From: an uncultured archaeon | GTDB taxonomy: Archaea > Thermoproteota > Nitrososphaeria > Nitrososphaerales > Gagatemarchaeaceae | Length of the DNA: 32,000 bases | Direction of reading: 5' to 3' | NCBI GenBank assembly: GCA_963799775.1 | Contig: CAWCYD010000002.1 | Span: forward strand, 296,990 to 328,989 | Position numbers and translations under genes: made by a program | The notes under the pieces: generated by a model | Database searches by the model: none | What the model saw: only the letters and a program-made list of their open reading frames with translations | What the model was told of the DNA's origin: nothing | Part shown: positions 17,004 to 26,043 of the stretch, one piece after another | How positions within the stretch are numbered: the stretch's first letter is position 1 | Layout of the letters: each line of letters begins with the position of its first letter

Positions 17004-17325
17004 GCAACGTTACTTGGGCTCAGAGCGGGCCATTTTTCATAAATACTTTTGTCCGAACGACCAGTCCTTTCAGGCGCCCTCACCCCCGTGGCGACCTTTG
17101 GAAGGGTAGAGCTTTCTTCTGTAGGTCTGATGCGGGCCCACTAATATCCCATAGAGGCTTCCTTCACGCTTTGTTGGAAGAGCCCGAGGACGAGGATACG
17201 GAGTTCGTGGAGCTCCTCCTCGTGTCGAGGAGGACCCAGAGCGAGACGGATCAGTCCAGCGGAACGCCCCTCGAGGCGACGGGGGCAGGTGGTCGCCCTC
17301 CAGCCTTGCCCAGAGCCAGGGATTC

Positions 17326-18510
17326 GTGCCCATCCTCTTCGTCGCTACCGTCTTCTTCCTCATGTCTTTCTGGATGCACTTCCCCGGGATGAGCGGGAAC
17401 GTCTACAGCGACCTCATGGACACGCTCTGGCAGCGAATCCTGAACGCTCCGGGCATCGTCCCCTACGTCAGCTACAAGCTCGAGTATCCCGCGGTCTCGG
17501 CCATCGTCCTGTATCTCGCCTCGATTCCCAGGAAAATGCTCGCGTTCTACTTCTCGATGTCTGCCATCCTCTTCGCGAGCATGTCGGGGGCGATCTACGT
17601 CGTGTACAAGCTCCTCAGGGAGAGGGGGGAGAAGGTCCAAGCGATCTCGTACTTCATCGTCCTGACCCCGTGTTTCGTCTACTTCTCGATCTACAGCTTC
17701 GACTGGATAGCGGCCGCCTTCATGGTGGGGTCGATCTACTTCGCCTATCACAAGCGACCCGTTGAGTCCGGTCTCCTCGTTGGTCTCGCGACGGCCGCCC
17801 GCGTCATCCCGATCATCATACTCCCTTTCCTCCTCCTCGAGATGAAGAGACGCAAGAACAGGACCGCGCTCCTCGGCTCGGCGGCGGCCTCCTGGCTCGC
17901 CGTCAACGCCTACTTCATCCTATTTGACTTTCAGGGCTTCCTCTACCCCTATCAATTTCAGGCCGGATACTCTGTGGAGGACAGCTGGCTGGGTCTCGCG
18001 GGCCCCTACGCAAGGGAAGCGTCCGTTCTCCTCTTCGGAGCGTTCCTCGTCGTCCTCCTCCTTGAGCGGAAGAGGTTCAACCTCTTCCAGCAGAGCCTCC
18101 TGGTGACCCTCGCTTTCGTGCTGACCAGCTTCAAGTTCCCTCCCCAATACATGATCCTCCTCCTTCCGCTCTTCGCCCTGACGGCCGTGAGCTACGTCGA
18201 GTTCATGATCGCCAACATACTGGATGTCGTCATCCTGCTGTGGTACTTCACGCCGGCATTCAGCCTGGGCGACCCGCTCTTGGTCACCAGCCCTGTCCAG
18301 TGGGTGGCGTACCTGCGCCAGTTCGTGCTCCTGGTCGTCTTTCTGAAGCTCTTCCTGAGAGGCGGGGTCAGGGTCGTCTCGAAAGGCGAGGGCGATGTCC
18401 CTCTTGAGCAGAGGATTCCCATCCCGGCGCCCGCGTTTGCGGCCTCGGAGCTCGATCCGCCGTCTGACAGCAACGGACTAAAGCTCCCTCGCGGTGCCTC
18501 CGAGCGATGA
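17326..18510 (+). CDS. GT-C-fold membrane glycosyltransferase (DUF2029/GT87-like)
   Basis: 394 aa, about 10 TM segments. An N-terminal loop carries D..(x)..Y.LEYPAVSA, resembling the YPP loop of DUF2029 enzymes. The start may lie further upstream (see findings). Confidence 0.5.
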   Translation: MPILFVATVFFLMSFWMHFPGMSGNVYSDLMDTLWQRILNAPGIVPYVSYKLEYPAVSAIVLYLASIPRKMLAFYFSMSAILFASMSGAIYVVYKLLRERGEKVQAISYFIVLTPCFVYFSIYSFDWIAAAFMVGSIYFAYHKRPVESGLLVGLATAARVIPIIILPFLLLEMKRRKNRTALLGSAAASWLAVNAYFILFDFQGFLYPYQFQAGYSVEDSWLGLAGPYAREASVLLFGAFLVVLLLERKRFNLFQQSLLVTLAFVLTSFKFPPQYMILLLPLFALTAVSYVEFMIANILDVVILLWYFTPAFSLGDPLLVTSPVQWVAYLRQFVLLVVFLKLFLRGGVRVVSKGEGDVPLEQRIPIPAPAFAASELDPPSDSNGLKLPRGASER

Positions 18511-18994
18511 AGAGGCACACCTCCTCGGCAACGGTCCCGACCTGGTGCTGCGGGTACTCGAGCCTGGCGACCTCGCGAGAGGGTTCCTTGAGACCCTGGA
18601 AAGCCTGAGCGACGTGGAGGGGCTCACACCTAGAGAGGCCCGAAAGATGTATGGCGAGATGCGGAAGACCCCATTCTACCACGTCATCGTGGCCGTAATC
18701 GGCAAGGAGGTCGTCGGGACCACCACCCTCCTTGTCGAGGAGAAGTTCATCCATCACGGAGGTCTTGTCGGGCACATCGAGGACGTGGCCGTGCGCAAGG
18801 GGTATGAAGGCAGAGGAATCGGTGGCTCCGTCGTCAAGGCGGCAGTGGATTTGGCGAGAGAGAAGGGGTGCTACAAGGTTATCCTGGACTGCAAGAGGGA
18901 CCTCACCGGGTTCTACGAGAAGCTCGGGTTCAGCGCCCGCGACGTGGGCATGCGCATCGACCTCAAGCCGAGGAAGAGAACGAACGCGCGCTGA
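18494..18994 (+). CDS. GNAT acetyltransferase, GNA1-type glucosamine-6-phosphate N-acetyltransferase-like
   Basis: EEKFIHHGGLVGHIEDVAVRKGYEGRGIGGSVV...GCYKVILDCKRDLTGFYEKLGF follows the GNA1/GNPNAT1 pattern (KFIH..G.iEDvvV..RG.glG...CYKviLdC....FYeK.GF). It overlaps the GT-C gene end by 17 nt. Confidence 0.7.
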   Translation: MPPSDEEAHLLGNGPDLVLRVLEPGDLARGFLETLESLSDVEGLTPREARKMYGEMRKTPFYHVIVAVIGKEVVGTTTLLVEEKFIHHGGLVGHIEDVAVRKGYEGRGIGGSVVKAAVDLAREKGCYKVILDCKRDLTGFYEKLGFSARDVGMRIDLKPRKRTNAR

Positions 18995-19009
18995 ACCCCT
19001 CTCTAAGTT

Positions 19010-19515
19010 CTAGAGCGAATACCCGCAATTCGCGCACTGGTACCTGATGACCTCCCCCTTGGTCGCCAGCTTCTCCATGAACCCTGACCTGCAGTTCGGG
19101 CAGAGCACCTCTACCGGCTCGGCCTTGTCGTCGTGCAAGAACGCGTTGAGAAGCGGGCTCTGCCCCTTAGTGAGCCGCCTTCGAGCCCAGAGAGCGTCAC
19201 CCAGCCGAGGAACTTCTCACCTTCGAACACTCCGAGCCTCGTGGCCCCCTGCTCCAGGAGCCTGCGCTTCGCCTCTTTTGTCGAGGCGTCGGCGTCGATC
19301 TTGAAGAACGGGGACATCACCTCTTTGACTGTCACCTCTTCCGGCTTTTTGTTTAGGGGAACAAACCTTCGGAGTAGCCTCCGGTCAGTGATCATGCCGA
19401 CCGCCTTGTCTCCGTTGAACACCACGACCCCCGACGAGCCTGCGTCGTTCATTATCTTGGACGCCTCTAGGACGCTCGTCGACGCGGAGACCCGGTCGAC
19501 ATTCGTATCCATCAC
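19010..19515 (-). CDS. CBS-pair protein with C-terminal CxxC...CxxC zinc ribbon, one frameshift near 19180
   Basis: ORF 19111..19515 gives two CBS motifs. My translation of the -1 frame downstream gives ...LTKGQSPLLNAFLHDDKAEPVEVLCPNCRSGFMEKLATKGEVIRYQCANCGYSL, with its stop at 19010-19012. This tail is not in the ORF track. Confidence 0.65.
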
Positions 19516-19687
19516 GTCTCTAACCTTGGCCAGCTAGCCCAGTCTCCTAGGCACTCATCGAGGGTCCGGGGAATATTCAACCTTTTCCAAGCGGCAACGT
19601 GATATTAACTCGGTCGTGATAACTGGTCGCCGTCGCCTCTTCTCCAAGTGTCAAGAGAGGCTGGCAGGGCCCCTTGAAGGCCCTTTC

Positions 19688-20600
19688 TCACTTTGTGACC
19701 AGGACGGACGACGGAGCATAGTGGAGGACGCTGTTGGCCACGCTCCCGAGCAGGAGCTTCTTGAAACCGCCGTTGCCGCGTGTCCCGACGACGATGATGT
19801 CTACCCCATCGTGCTCTGCCAGCTGGACGATTCCCTGCGCCGGGGAGACGAGGTCAGTGACGAGCTCCGGTTTCGCGCCTGCGAGTCCCGACTCCGACGC
19901 GAACTTCACGGCCTTGTCAAGCAGCGCCCTTCCTGCCTCCTCGGCGTCCTCCTCGATCTGCTCAGTCGGGACGGCCGAGCCAGGCACTCCCATGGACCAT
20001 GCCAGGGTCGGGACGAAGACCACGTGAGCGATGCGCAGCTCCGCATCCATCCCTTTCGCCATGTCGATTGCTGTCTCGAGGGCGCGTTGCGCGTTGGGCG
20101 AGCCGTCGACCGCGACCAGAATGCTCTTGATCGCTGCCCTCCCGTTCTTTCCGGACCTCACGACGAGAGTCGAGCATGAAGCGTGCTCAGCGACACCGCT
20201 CGACACGCTCCCCAGGACTGCCCTCTTGAATCCTCCAAGGCCTCTCGTCCCCATGATAATCAGGTCCGTCTTCTCCTGGACCGCGTAGTCGACTATCGTC
20301 CCGACGACCGAGGAGCGGTCCTGAGGGACGTCTTTCTCCAAGACCTCGACCCCTGCTTTCTTGAACACATCCGCAGCCTTGTCTACGTTGTCATCCGCGG
20401 CATTGACCAGACGGGAGTAGTACTCTCCCTCCATCGGTGCCGCCGTCCTGCTTATCGAAGGGATGACACTGATGACCGTGACATCGGATTGGAAGCTCTT
20501 GGCGACCTCGGCCGCGAGCACGGCGGCTTTGCGCGAGCTTGGGGCACCCATCAGTGGCCACCAGGATCTTCGCAAATCGGCCCGGGATTCGCTTCGACAT
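19688..20600 (-). CDS. Tandem universal stress protein (2x UspA domain), one frameshift near 20545
   Basis: ORF 20391..20600 starts MSKRIPGRFAKILVATDG (canonical Usp start), and ORF 19688..20575 continues APSSRKAAVLAAEVAK. Both domains end with G.RG.GGFK..LLGSV...V motifs. Confidence 0.75.
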
Positions 20601-20624
20601 AAGGTCTGCTCAGCCTGACAGAGC

Positions 20625-20632
20625 TATTTTAG
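20625..20632 (-). promoter_or_regulatory. TATA-like box CTAAAATA, 32 nt upstream of the Usp ATG (20600)
   Basis: A/T-rich octamer at the recurrent spacing. This supports 20600 as the true Usp start. Confidence 0.4.
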
Positions 20633-20728
20633 GTTGAGCCGGACCGATGAGGATATCGAGCGGCGTGCTGACCAAGAGTCAACTCTCTTCGTGCCGCAAC
20701 CTGAAAAACCACATTCGTCATCGCACGA

Positions 20729-21634
20729 GTGGGTCGTGCCATGGCCGAGTCAGAACTCCATCGCTGCATGAAGGAGAGCGTGTCGCAACGTCTGACGGAA
20801 GAGGGGTACCTCGTCTTCTTCGAGCCGGCTTACGCCCCCTCGCGGTTCCTCAGCTGGGTGTCTTATCGGCCCGACGTCTTCGCGATCAGGGCCAGGGAAG
20901 ACCTTCAAGAGTACGCGCTCGTCGAATGCGAGACGAGGCCCTCGCAGAAGAGACTGGCCTCGAAGAACTTTAGGAGTCTGGACATCCAGACAAGGCTCAA
21001 CTCAAACATGACGTTGAGGCGGATTCTCGTGGTCCCTCGGCGGACCTTCGCGAGCGTCGACCCTTCCATCCGTTATTCCTGGGAGGCGTGGATCTACGGG
21101 GGCGAGAGTTTCCAGATCTTTCCCATGGTTGCCCAACCTGAGGCAGGTGCCTTCGATCGTCCCGGCTCTCACAGTCACGAAGACGCACTGAGAACTGCTT
21201 TTCTACGTGACGCGACCAGTCCGTCCACGTTGAAAGGGACCGACAACCTGGAGACAGTCCGCGCGTTCTTCGACGAGGTGATCAACTCCGGAGACGTCGA
21301 TAGTATCCCGAGCTTCGTCAGCAGAGACGCCCTCGTCCCTCAGTCGATACCCGGACCAGAAGGGGTGAGAAGGCTCCTAGGCGAGTTGAGGGGTGCCTTC
21401 TCGGATCCCGAGTTCAAGGCGATGGACACCATATCGGACGGGGAGAAGGTGGCTGTGAGGCTATCGGGGAAGGCGACCCACACGGGGAAGTACCTGGGGC
21501 TCCCTCCGAGCGACAGAGTGCTCAAAATCTGGGGCGTGATGATCTTCAAGTTCGAATCGGGGATGATATCGGAGTTCTGGAGCCTGGTCGACGCACAAGG
21601 CATCCTCGCCCAGCTTCGCTCCCCGCCTCTCTAA
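20729..21634 (+). CDS. Two-domain protein: N-terminal PD-(D/E)xK nuclease-like fold fused to a C-terminal SnoaL-like/ester-cyclase domain
   Basis: The N-terminus has HRCMKESVSQRLTEEGYLVFFEP...YRPDVFAI...EYALVECETR (a D...ExE/K-like core). The C-terminus has LETVRAFFDEVINSGDVD...GPEGVRRLLGELRGAFSDPEF...DGEKVAVRLSGKATHTGKYLGLPPSDRVL...ISEFWSLVD, typical of COG5485-type SnoaL proteins. The start is GTG 20729 or ATG 20741. Confidence 0.5.
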   Translation: MGRAMAESELHRCMKESVSQRLTEEGYLVFFEPAYAPSRFLSWVSYRPDVFAIRAREDLQEYALVECETRPSQKRLASKNFRSLDIQTRLNSNMTLRRILVVPRRTFASVDPSIRYSWEAWIYGGESFQIFPMVAQPEAGAFDRPGSHSHEDALRTAFLRDATSPSTLKGTDNLETVRAFFDEVINSGDVDSIPSFVSRDALVPQSIPGPEGVRRLLGELRGAFSDPEFKAMDTISDGEKVAVRLSGKATHTGKYLGLPPSDRVLKIWGVMIFKFESGMISEFWSLVDAQGILAQLRSPPL

Positions 21635-22449
21635 CCGCCCTTCGACCACGCCGCGCGGAATCCCTTGGATATCTGTAGGGGTGCCCCCCTCCATTTCAGC
21701 TTGGGGGCGAGAGAGACCACCTTTCCTATCACGATCACACAGGGTGCACGTATCGACTTGGCCGCGGCGGCGCCTTGTGCTGCCTCGCCCAAGGTCAAGA
21801 GGACGGTCCTCTGCCGTCCTGTGGTTCCCCATGTCGTGGCGGCCATCGGAGACTCCGGCTCTCGCCCTGACTCTAGCAGCCTTTTTGCCAGTTCTCTTAC
21901 CCTCGCCGCTCCCATGAGGATCACAACGGAATCGGTCCCCCTGAGCGCCTTGGACCAGTCCTCCCTAGACTTTCCCCTCAGGTCGGACTCCCTGCCGGTC
22001 ACTATGGTGACGGACGAGGAGTGCTCTCGGTGGGTCAGCGGGATGCCTGCATATGCAGGGACGGCCATGGCCGAACTGACACCAGGAATGACCTCGAAAT
22101 CTATCGAATGCTCGGCGAGAAATTCGGCTTCCTCACCGCCTCTCGAGAAGAGGAACGGGTCGCCTCCCTTTAGCCTGACCACCCTCTTCCCTTCCCTCGC
22201 CTTTTGCAGCATCAACTCGTTCAACTTCTTCTGCTCCTTCTCAGAGTCAGAACCAGGATCCTTCCCTCCATAGATCCGCTCGGTCTTCTTCGGCAGCAAG
22301 CCCAGGATCTCAGCGCTGACGAGCCTGTCGTAGACGACGACGTCCGCCTGCTTTATCCTGTCCATCGCAGCGAGGGTGAGAAGACCGGGTGCTCCAGGCC
22401 CCGCGCCCACGAGGCTGACCTTCCCTTTCTTGTTATTCCCCTTGGCCAT
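21631..22449 (-). CDS. cobA: Uroporphyrinogen-III C-methyltransferase (SUMT)
   Basis: 272 aa, intact. VSLVGAGPGAPGLLTLAA...ADVVVYDRLV...VVRLKGGDPFLFSRGGEE...VIPGVSS are canonical SUMT motifs. Confidence 0.85.
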   Translation of the reverse strand: MAKGNNKKGKVSLVGAGPGAPGLLTLAAMDRIKQADVVVYDRLVSAEILGLLPKKTERIYGGKDPGSDSEKEQKKLNELMLQKAREGKRVVRLKGGDPFLFSRGGEEAEFLAEHSIDFEVIPGVSSAMAVPAYAGIPLTHREHSSSVTIVTGRESDLRGKSREDWSKALRGTDSVVILMGAARVRELAKRLLESGREPESPMAATTWGTTGRQRTVLLTLGEAAQGAAAAKSIRAPCVIVIGKVVSLAPKLKWRGAPLQISKGFRAAWSKGG

Positions 22450-23122
22450 CGGCGTTCGCCTCTCGGAGCATCTTCTCCGCCAGTTCTCGTGCGGCTGGAT
22501 AATCCTTGTTTCTGAGAAGGGTCCCCGATCCGCTCGTCGTGTATCAGTCTGTAGGCGAACTCTTTCCTTGATTCAGGGTCCTTCAGCTGCTTCTTCCACG
22601 TCTTACGGATGTGCCCTTGCAACTTGACCTGAAGCACGTCTTCCGGACCCAATGACCTCTCGAGCTTTCCCCGGATGATGGATGCCATCGCCGGGCTCTT
22701 CCCCCCCGTCGAGACGCCGATTCTCACGTCTCCAACCTTTGCCATCGCGGGCATGTTGAAGTCGTTCAGCCTGGGGTCGTCGACGACGCAGACTATCGCG
22801 CTCTTGGCGCCTGACGATCTGGCGGTCCTAGCGAGCTGCTCGTCAAGGCGAGAGTCGCCCGTCGAGATGAATATCACTCGAGGCTGCTTCTTCTCGATGA
22901 GTCTCCTCAGATTGGCAGGGGTCTCTTCGCCCTCTACCAGCGTCACCCTCCCTCTCTTCTGCGACGCGAGCCTCCGGAGCGCCGGAGTGAAGGTCTTGCC
23001 CAGGACGGTCGTCCTTGCGTTGGCCTCGACCAGCTTGAGGGCCTTGAACTCGGGCTCCCTCCCTTCGCCGACTACGACCGCCTCTTTTCCGTCGAGGACG
23101 AGGTCTATCAGCAGGGTCTCAT
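22433..23122 (-). CDS. sirC: Precorrin-2 dehydrogenase / sirohydrochlorin ferrochelatase family (SirC/Met8/CysG-N-like), two frameshifts as assembled
   Basis: My translation gives LIDLVLDGKEAVVVGEGREPEFKALKLVEANARTTVLG (Rossmann)...VIFISTGDSRLDEQ...CVVDDPRLNDFNMPAMAKVGDVRIGVSTGGKSPAMASIIRGKLE. ATG 23122 overlaps the hemD2 stop (ATGA) but is 1 nt out of frame with the body. The C-terminus ...GTLLRNKDYPAARELAEKMLREANADGQGE needs a shift at the C4 run 22523-22526. Confidence 0.7.
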
Positions 23123-24039
23123 CGACCCCTCGCAGCGAAGTAGGCCGAGAGGGCGTTCATCATCGCGCCCATCGCCGAGATCTCAGGCACGACTTGGACC
23201 TCCACGCCCAGACCTTCCAGTTCCTCTTTGGTCGATGTCCCAACTGCCACGACCACGATCTTCCTCTCTTTGAGGCCCTCGAGCAGCTTCTCCTCGAGCC
23301 CGTGTTCGGCCGCTATCTCAAACAGGTTGCTCGCAGCTGGTGGGCTCGTGAACGTGACCGCGTCTATCTTTCGTGACCCGAGTGTTATCTCCTCTATCAG
23401 TCGAAGCACCTCCTCCTCTTGCGGCGCTTTGAACTTGAATCCCATCGAGCCGAGCACTCCTGCCTCCTCCGCGCCGAGCCCCCGCGAGTAGTGATAGGAC
23501 AAGCACTCGACCACGCCCCTCGCCCCGGCGGCGCGAAGCGCGCTGCCCGTGTGGTCGTTCCTGGAACCGTGCCAGAGTATCGCCACGGTCTTCCCCGAGA
23601 TGCCTCTGTCCGACATGAGCTTCACGATCCCGTTGGCGGTCGCCTCCTCCCTGGGCGGAGATGCGTCGACCTTGACGCCCTGCTTCGCGAGCTCTCCCCT
23701 CGGCTTGCCGCTGCGGGCGACGACGACCGTCCGACTCTTGTTCAGGGAATCCAACACCGCCTGCCTCATTCCCAGCCTCTCCGCTGCCAGCATCATGGTG
23801 CGCACACCCGTCGCGGTCATGAAGACGGCGTAGTCGACTCCTGCCGGAGATGTCAGAGCCTTCAGGAAGGGTTCGACCTCAGAGTCCGTGGCCGGCAGGC
23901 TGATCCCGACGGTCGGGACCACATAGGGCACACCCCCAAGGTTCGTGACAAGCGCAGATTGCTCCCCCGCCCTGCGGCTGCCCGTGACGACTACGGTCAG
24001 TCCTTCTAGGGGCTTGGAAGTCGACTGCGCTTCTTTCAA
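23119..24039 (-). CDS. hemD: Uroporphyrinogen-III synthase family protein (HEM4 domain), second copy in the window
   Basis: 306 aa, intact. It has the two-lobe HEM4 pattern (LTVVVTGSRRAGE..L...GG.P..VP...I...YAVFMTATGV...VVARSGKPRGEL...GKTVAILWHG...IDAVTFTSPPAASNLF...VVAVGTSTKEELE..GV). TTG start 24039 lies 32 nt downstream of CAAATACT. Confidence 0.65.
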   Translation of the reverse strand: MKEAQSTSKPLEGLTVVVTGSRRAGEQSALVTNLGGVPYVVPTVGISLPATDSEVEPFLKALTSPAGVDYAVFMTATGVRTMMLAAERLGMRQAVLDSLNKSRTVVVARSGKPRGELAKQGVKVDASPPREEATANGIVKLMSDRGISGKTVAILWHGSRNDHTGSALRAAGARGVVECLSYHYSRGLGAEEAGVLGSMGFKFKAPQEEEVLRLIEEITLGSRKIDAVTFTSPPAASNLFEIAAEHGLEEKLLEGLKERKIVVVAVGTSTKEELEGLGVEVQVVPEISAMGAMMNALSAYFAARGR

Positions 24040-24063
24040 CTCGACGCCGATTCTTGAGCCCGG

Positions 24064-24071
24064 AGTATTTG
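24064..24071 (-). promoter_or_regulatory. TATA-like box CAAATACT, 32 nt upstream of TTG start 24039 (possible internal promoter of the sir operon)
   Basis: A/T-rich octamer in the 40-nt sir/hemD2 gap, at the recurrent spacing. Confidence 0.3.
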
Positions 24072-24079
24072 CCTCTTCC

Positions 24080-26007
24080 TTATGGCCTGCCGGTCCTTGA
24101 CAGGCTCTGGTTGAGGTAGAACGGGTCGGTCGTGGGAAGAGGGTTAGCGAACGTCTTCTTCATGAGCTCTGCAGTGTCAGGGTGGGACTTCAGGAACTCC
24201 ACTATCCCCTCGAGGCCCACCCGCCTGAAGAAGTATCCCATCTGCCCGGGCTTGCTCAGCTCCTCTTCGTTGCCCTTGGATATGTAGAACTCGAAGAGCG
24301 CGTTCGTAACCTTTGGGACGTCCTTCCGAGGGACCATGCGCATGTAGATCAGGTGGGTCTTCGGGTCGTGGATGTATCCCCCCTGGTGCCTCCCGTCCTC
24401 CGTCCCACCGAGCTTCAGCGCATATAGGTTGAAGCCTGTGCCCATCCACCCGATCGTCTTTGTCGCGGGCCTGAAGCACTGCCTCTCGCACCCAGTTATC
24501 CCGATCGACTCGTGCATCTCCCCCCACTTTACGTCCAACTCGTCAAGAAGCTGTGGCTCGAACTTCTCGGAATCAGTGTAGGTGAGCCTGCAGGTGTCTC
24601 TGCCCACACAAGAACCTGAGAGGAGCCTGAGGGTGGTGTATTGCTTGCCGTTCCTTCCCCCATAGCCGAAGCCCTTCATCGCCTGGATGAACTCGTCCTT
24701 CTGCGACTCCTCCAACCCCCCGAACAAGAGGTCCTGGTTCGGTGTCACGTAGAGCATTATCTGCGGATAGCTCTCCGTAAGCTTCCTGACCATCGACTTT
24801 AGGTTCCCGCCAGGCACGTGGTCGATGATCCGTCCGGTCTCGATGTAGGCCCCATAGCACCACTTGTCGTCCGTCTCTTGGTGCAGCCATCCGTAGTGCA
24901 TCCTCCTGGGCCCGGGTCGAAGTCCTCTTGGGGCAGTTCAAGGTCGACTCCCCTCGCCTTGACCTGGGTCCTATACCATGGGATCCCCATCTTGAATATC
25001 ACGTATTTCATGCGTGCCCAGTTCCTGTTCTTTCTGTCTCCCCACTCCTGATGGACACCGACGATCGCGTCGAGCGCCTTCATGAGATGCTCCTCACCTG
25101 TAGCGATGCCGAGAGGCAGCGCGAAGTTCGCGAACGTGGCCTGGCCTGACTTTTCCCCCTCGCTCCCGCCGATGAAGATCTGGAACCGCTCCACCTTGCT
25201 ACCTCCGTCAAGCATGGGGACCACCCCGATGTCGTCGGTCCTCACCTCGACGCAGTTGTCCGGGATGTATTCCCCGGTCTTCTCGTCCCTGTCAACGCCC
25301 GCTATCGAGATCTTGAACTTCCTGTTGAGCAGTCTGTCGCCATATTCGAACTTCTCGCCGGTCTTCCGATCGTCCCGTACGTACTTCGGGTCGATCTCGA
25401 ATATCTCGATGTAGCTCGAGGTGGGGAGGCGGAAGTATCTCGCGGCCTTTTCCGCGAAGGCCGTCGCGTTGAAGTACTTTGAGTATGAGGAGAATGGGCA
25501 GGCCACAAAGTTCCTCACGTTGTCTCCGCAGCCGTTGAGCGTGTAGAACCCCGAACTCGCAATCTCCTTCATTGCAGGGATGACGTCCTCCTTCTTGATC
25601 CAGTGGAGCTGCACCGCCTGCCGGGTGGTGAGTCTCAGAGATGGCTCCGGCTTTCCGGTGTAGGAGCTCGAAGACGTGTACTTGGTGGCGACGTCGTCGA
25701 GGATCGCCCACTGTCTCGCGTTCATGGGTCCTCCGCTGGGGATGGCGATCCTGAACATGTACATCCACTCCTTCTCCTCGCCGGTCTTCGCCCTGTTGAA
25801 GTCGGTGTATATCCCGTAGGACTTTGCCAGCGCCTCCGCCACGTCGGGAAGGTCTCCAAAGCTCGTGTCCTTGAATTGATGAGCGACGTTGGCCGGACTG
25901 TTGATGTCCTTGATGACCATCGTCAGGCCCTTGGTCGCCAGCTTGGCCTTTTCGTTGCCGGACCAATCTTCCTGAGGAGTATGGAGTGAGGGTTCGATGT
26001 CTGTCAA
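24080..26007 (-). CDS. sir: Assimilatory sulfite (or nitrite) reductase hemoprotein, siroheme/[4Fe-4S] type, one frameshift near 24908-24916
   Basis: ORFs 24799..26007 and 24080..24901 join as ...EDFDPGP/RRMHYGWLHQ. The C-terminal half carries the cluster/siroheme Cys motifs SCVGRDTC (Cx5C) and GCERQC (Cx3C). Confidence 0.8.
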
Positions 26008-26043
26008 AATCGCCCAGATGCCTCCGCCTATGCGCTTGGAAGC

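Noticed and set aside
15349-17109. ORFs 15349..15909 (-), 15909..16514 (+) and 16486..17109 (+)
   Set aside because: They are antisense or off-frame to the two Ser/Thr-rich surface and regulator genes, have Arg/Val/Gly-rich composition, and show no motifs.
17004-17325. 322-nt gap as a possible tRNA or small RNA locus
   Set aside because: I could not find a cloverleaf, a T-loop consensus (GTTCGAATC-like) or a convincing stable structure. The gap is better explained by promoter sequences and a possibly frameshifted N-terminus of the GT-C gene.
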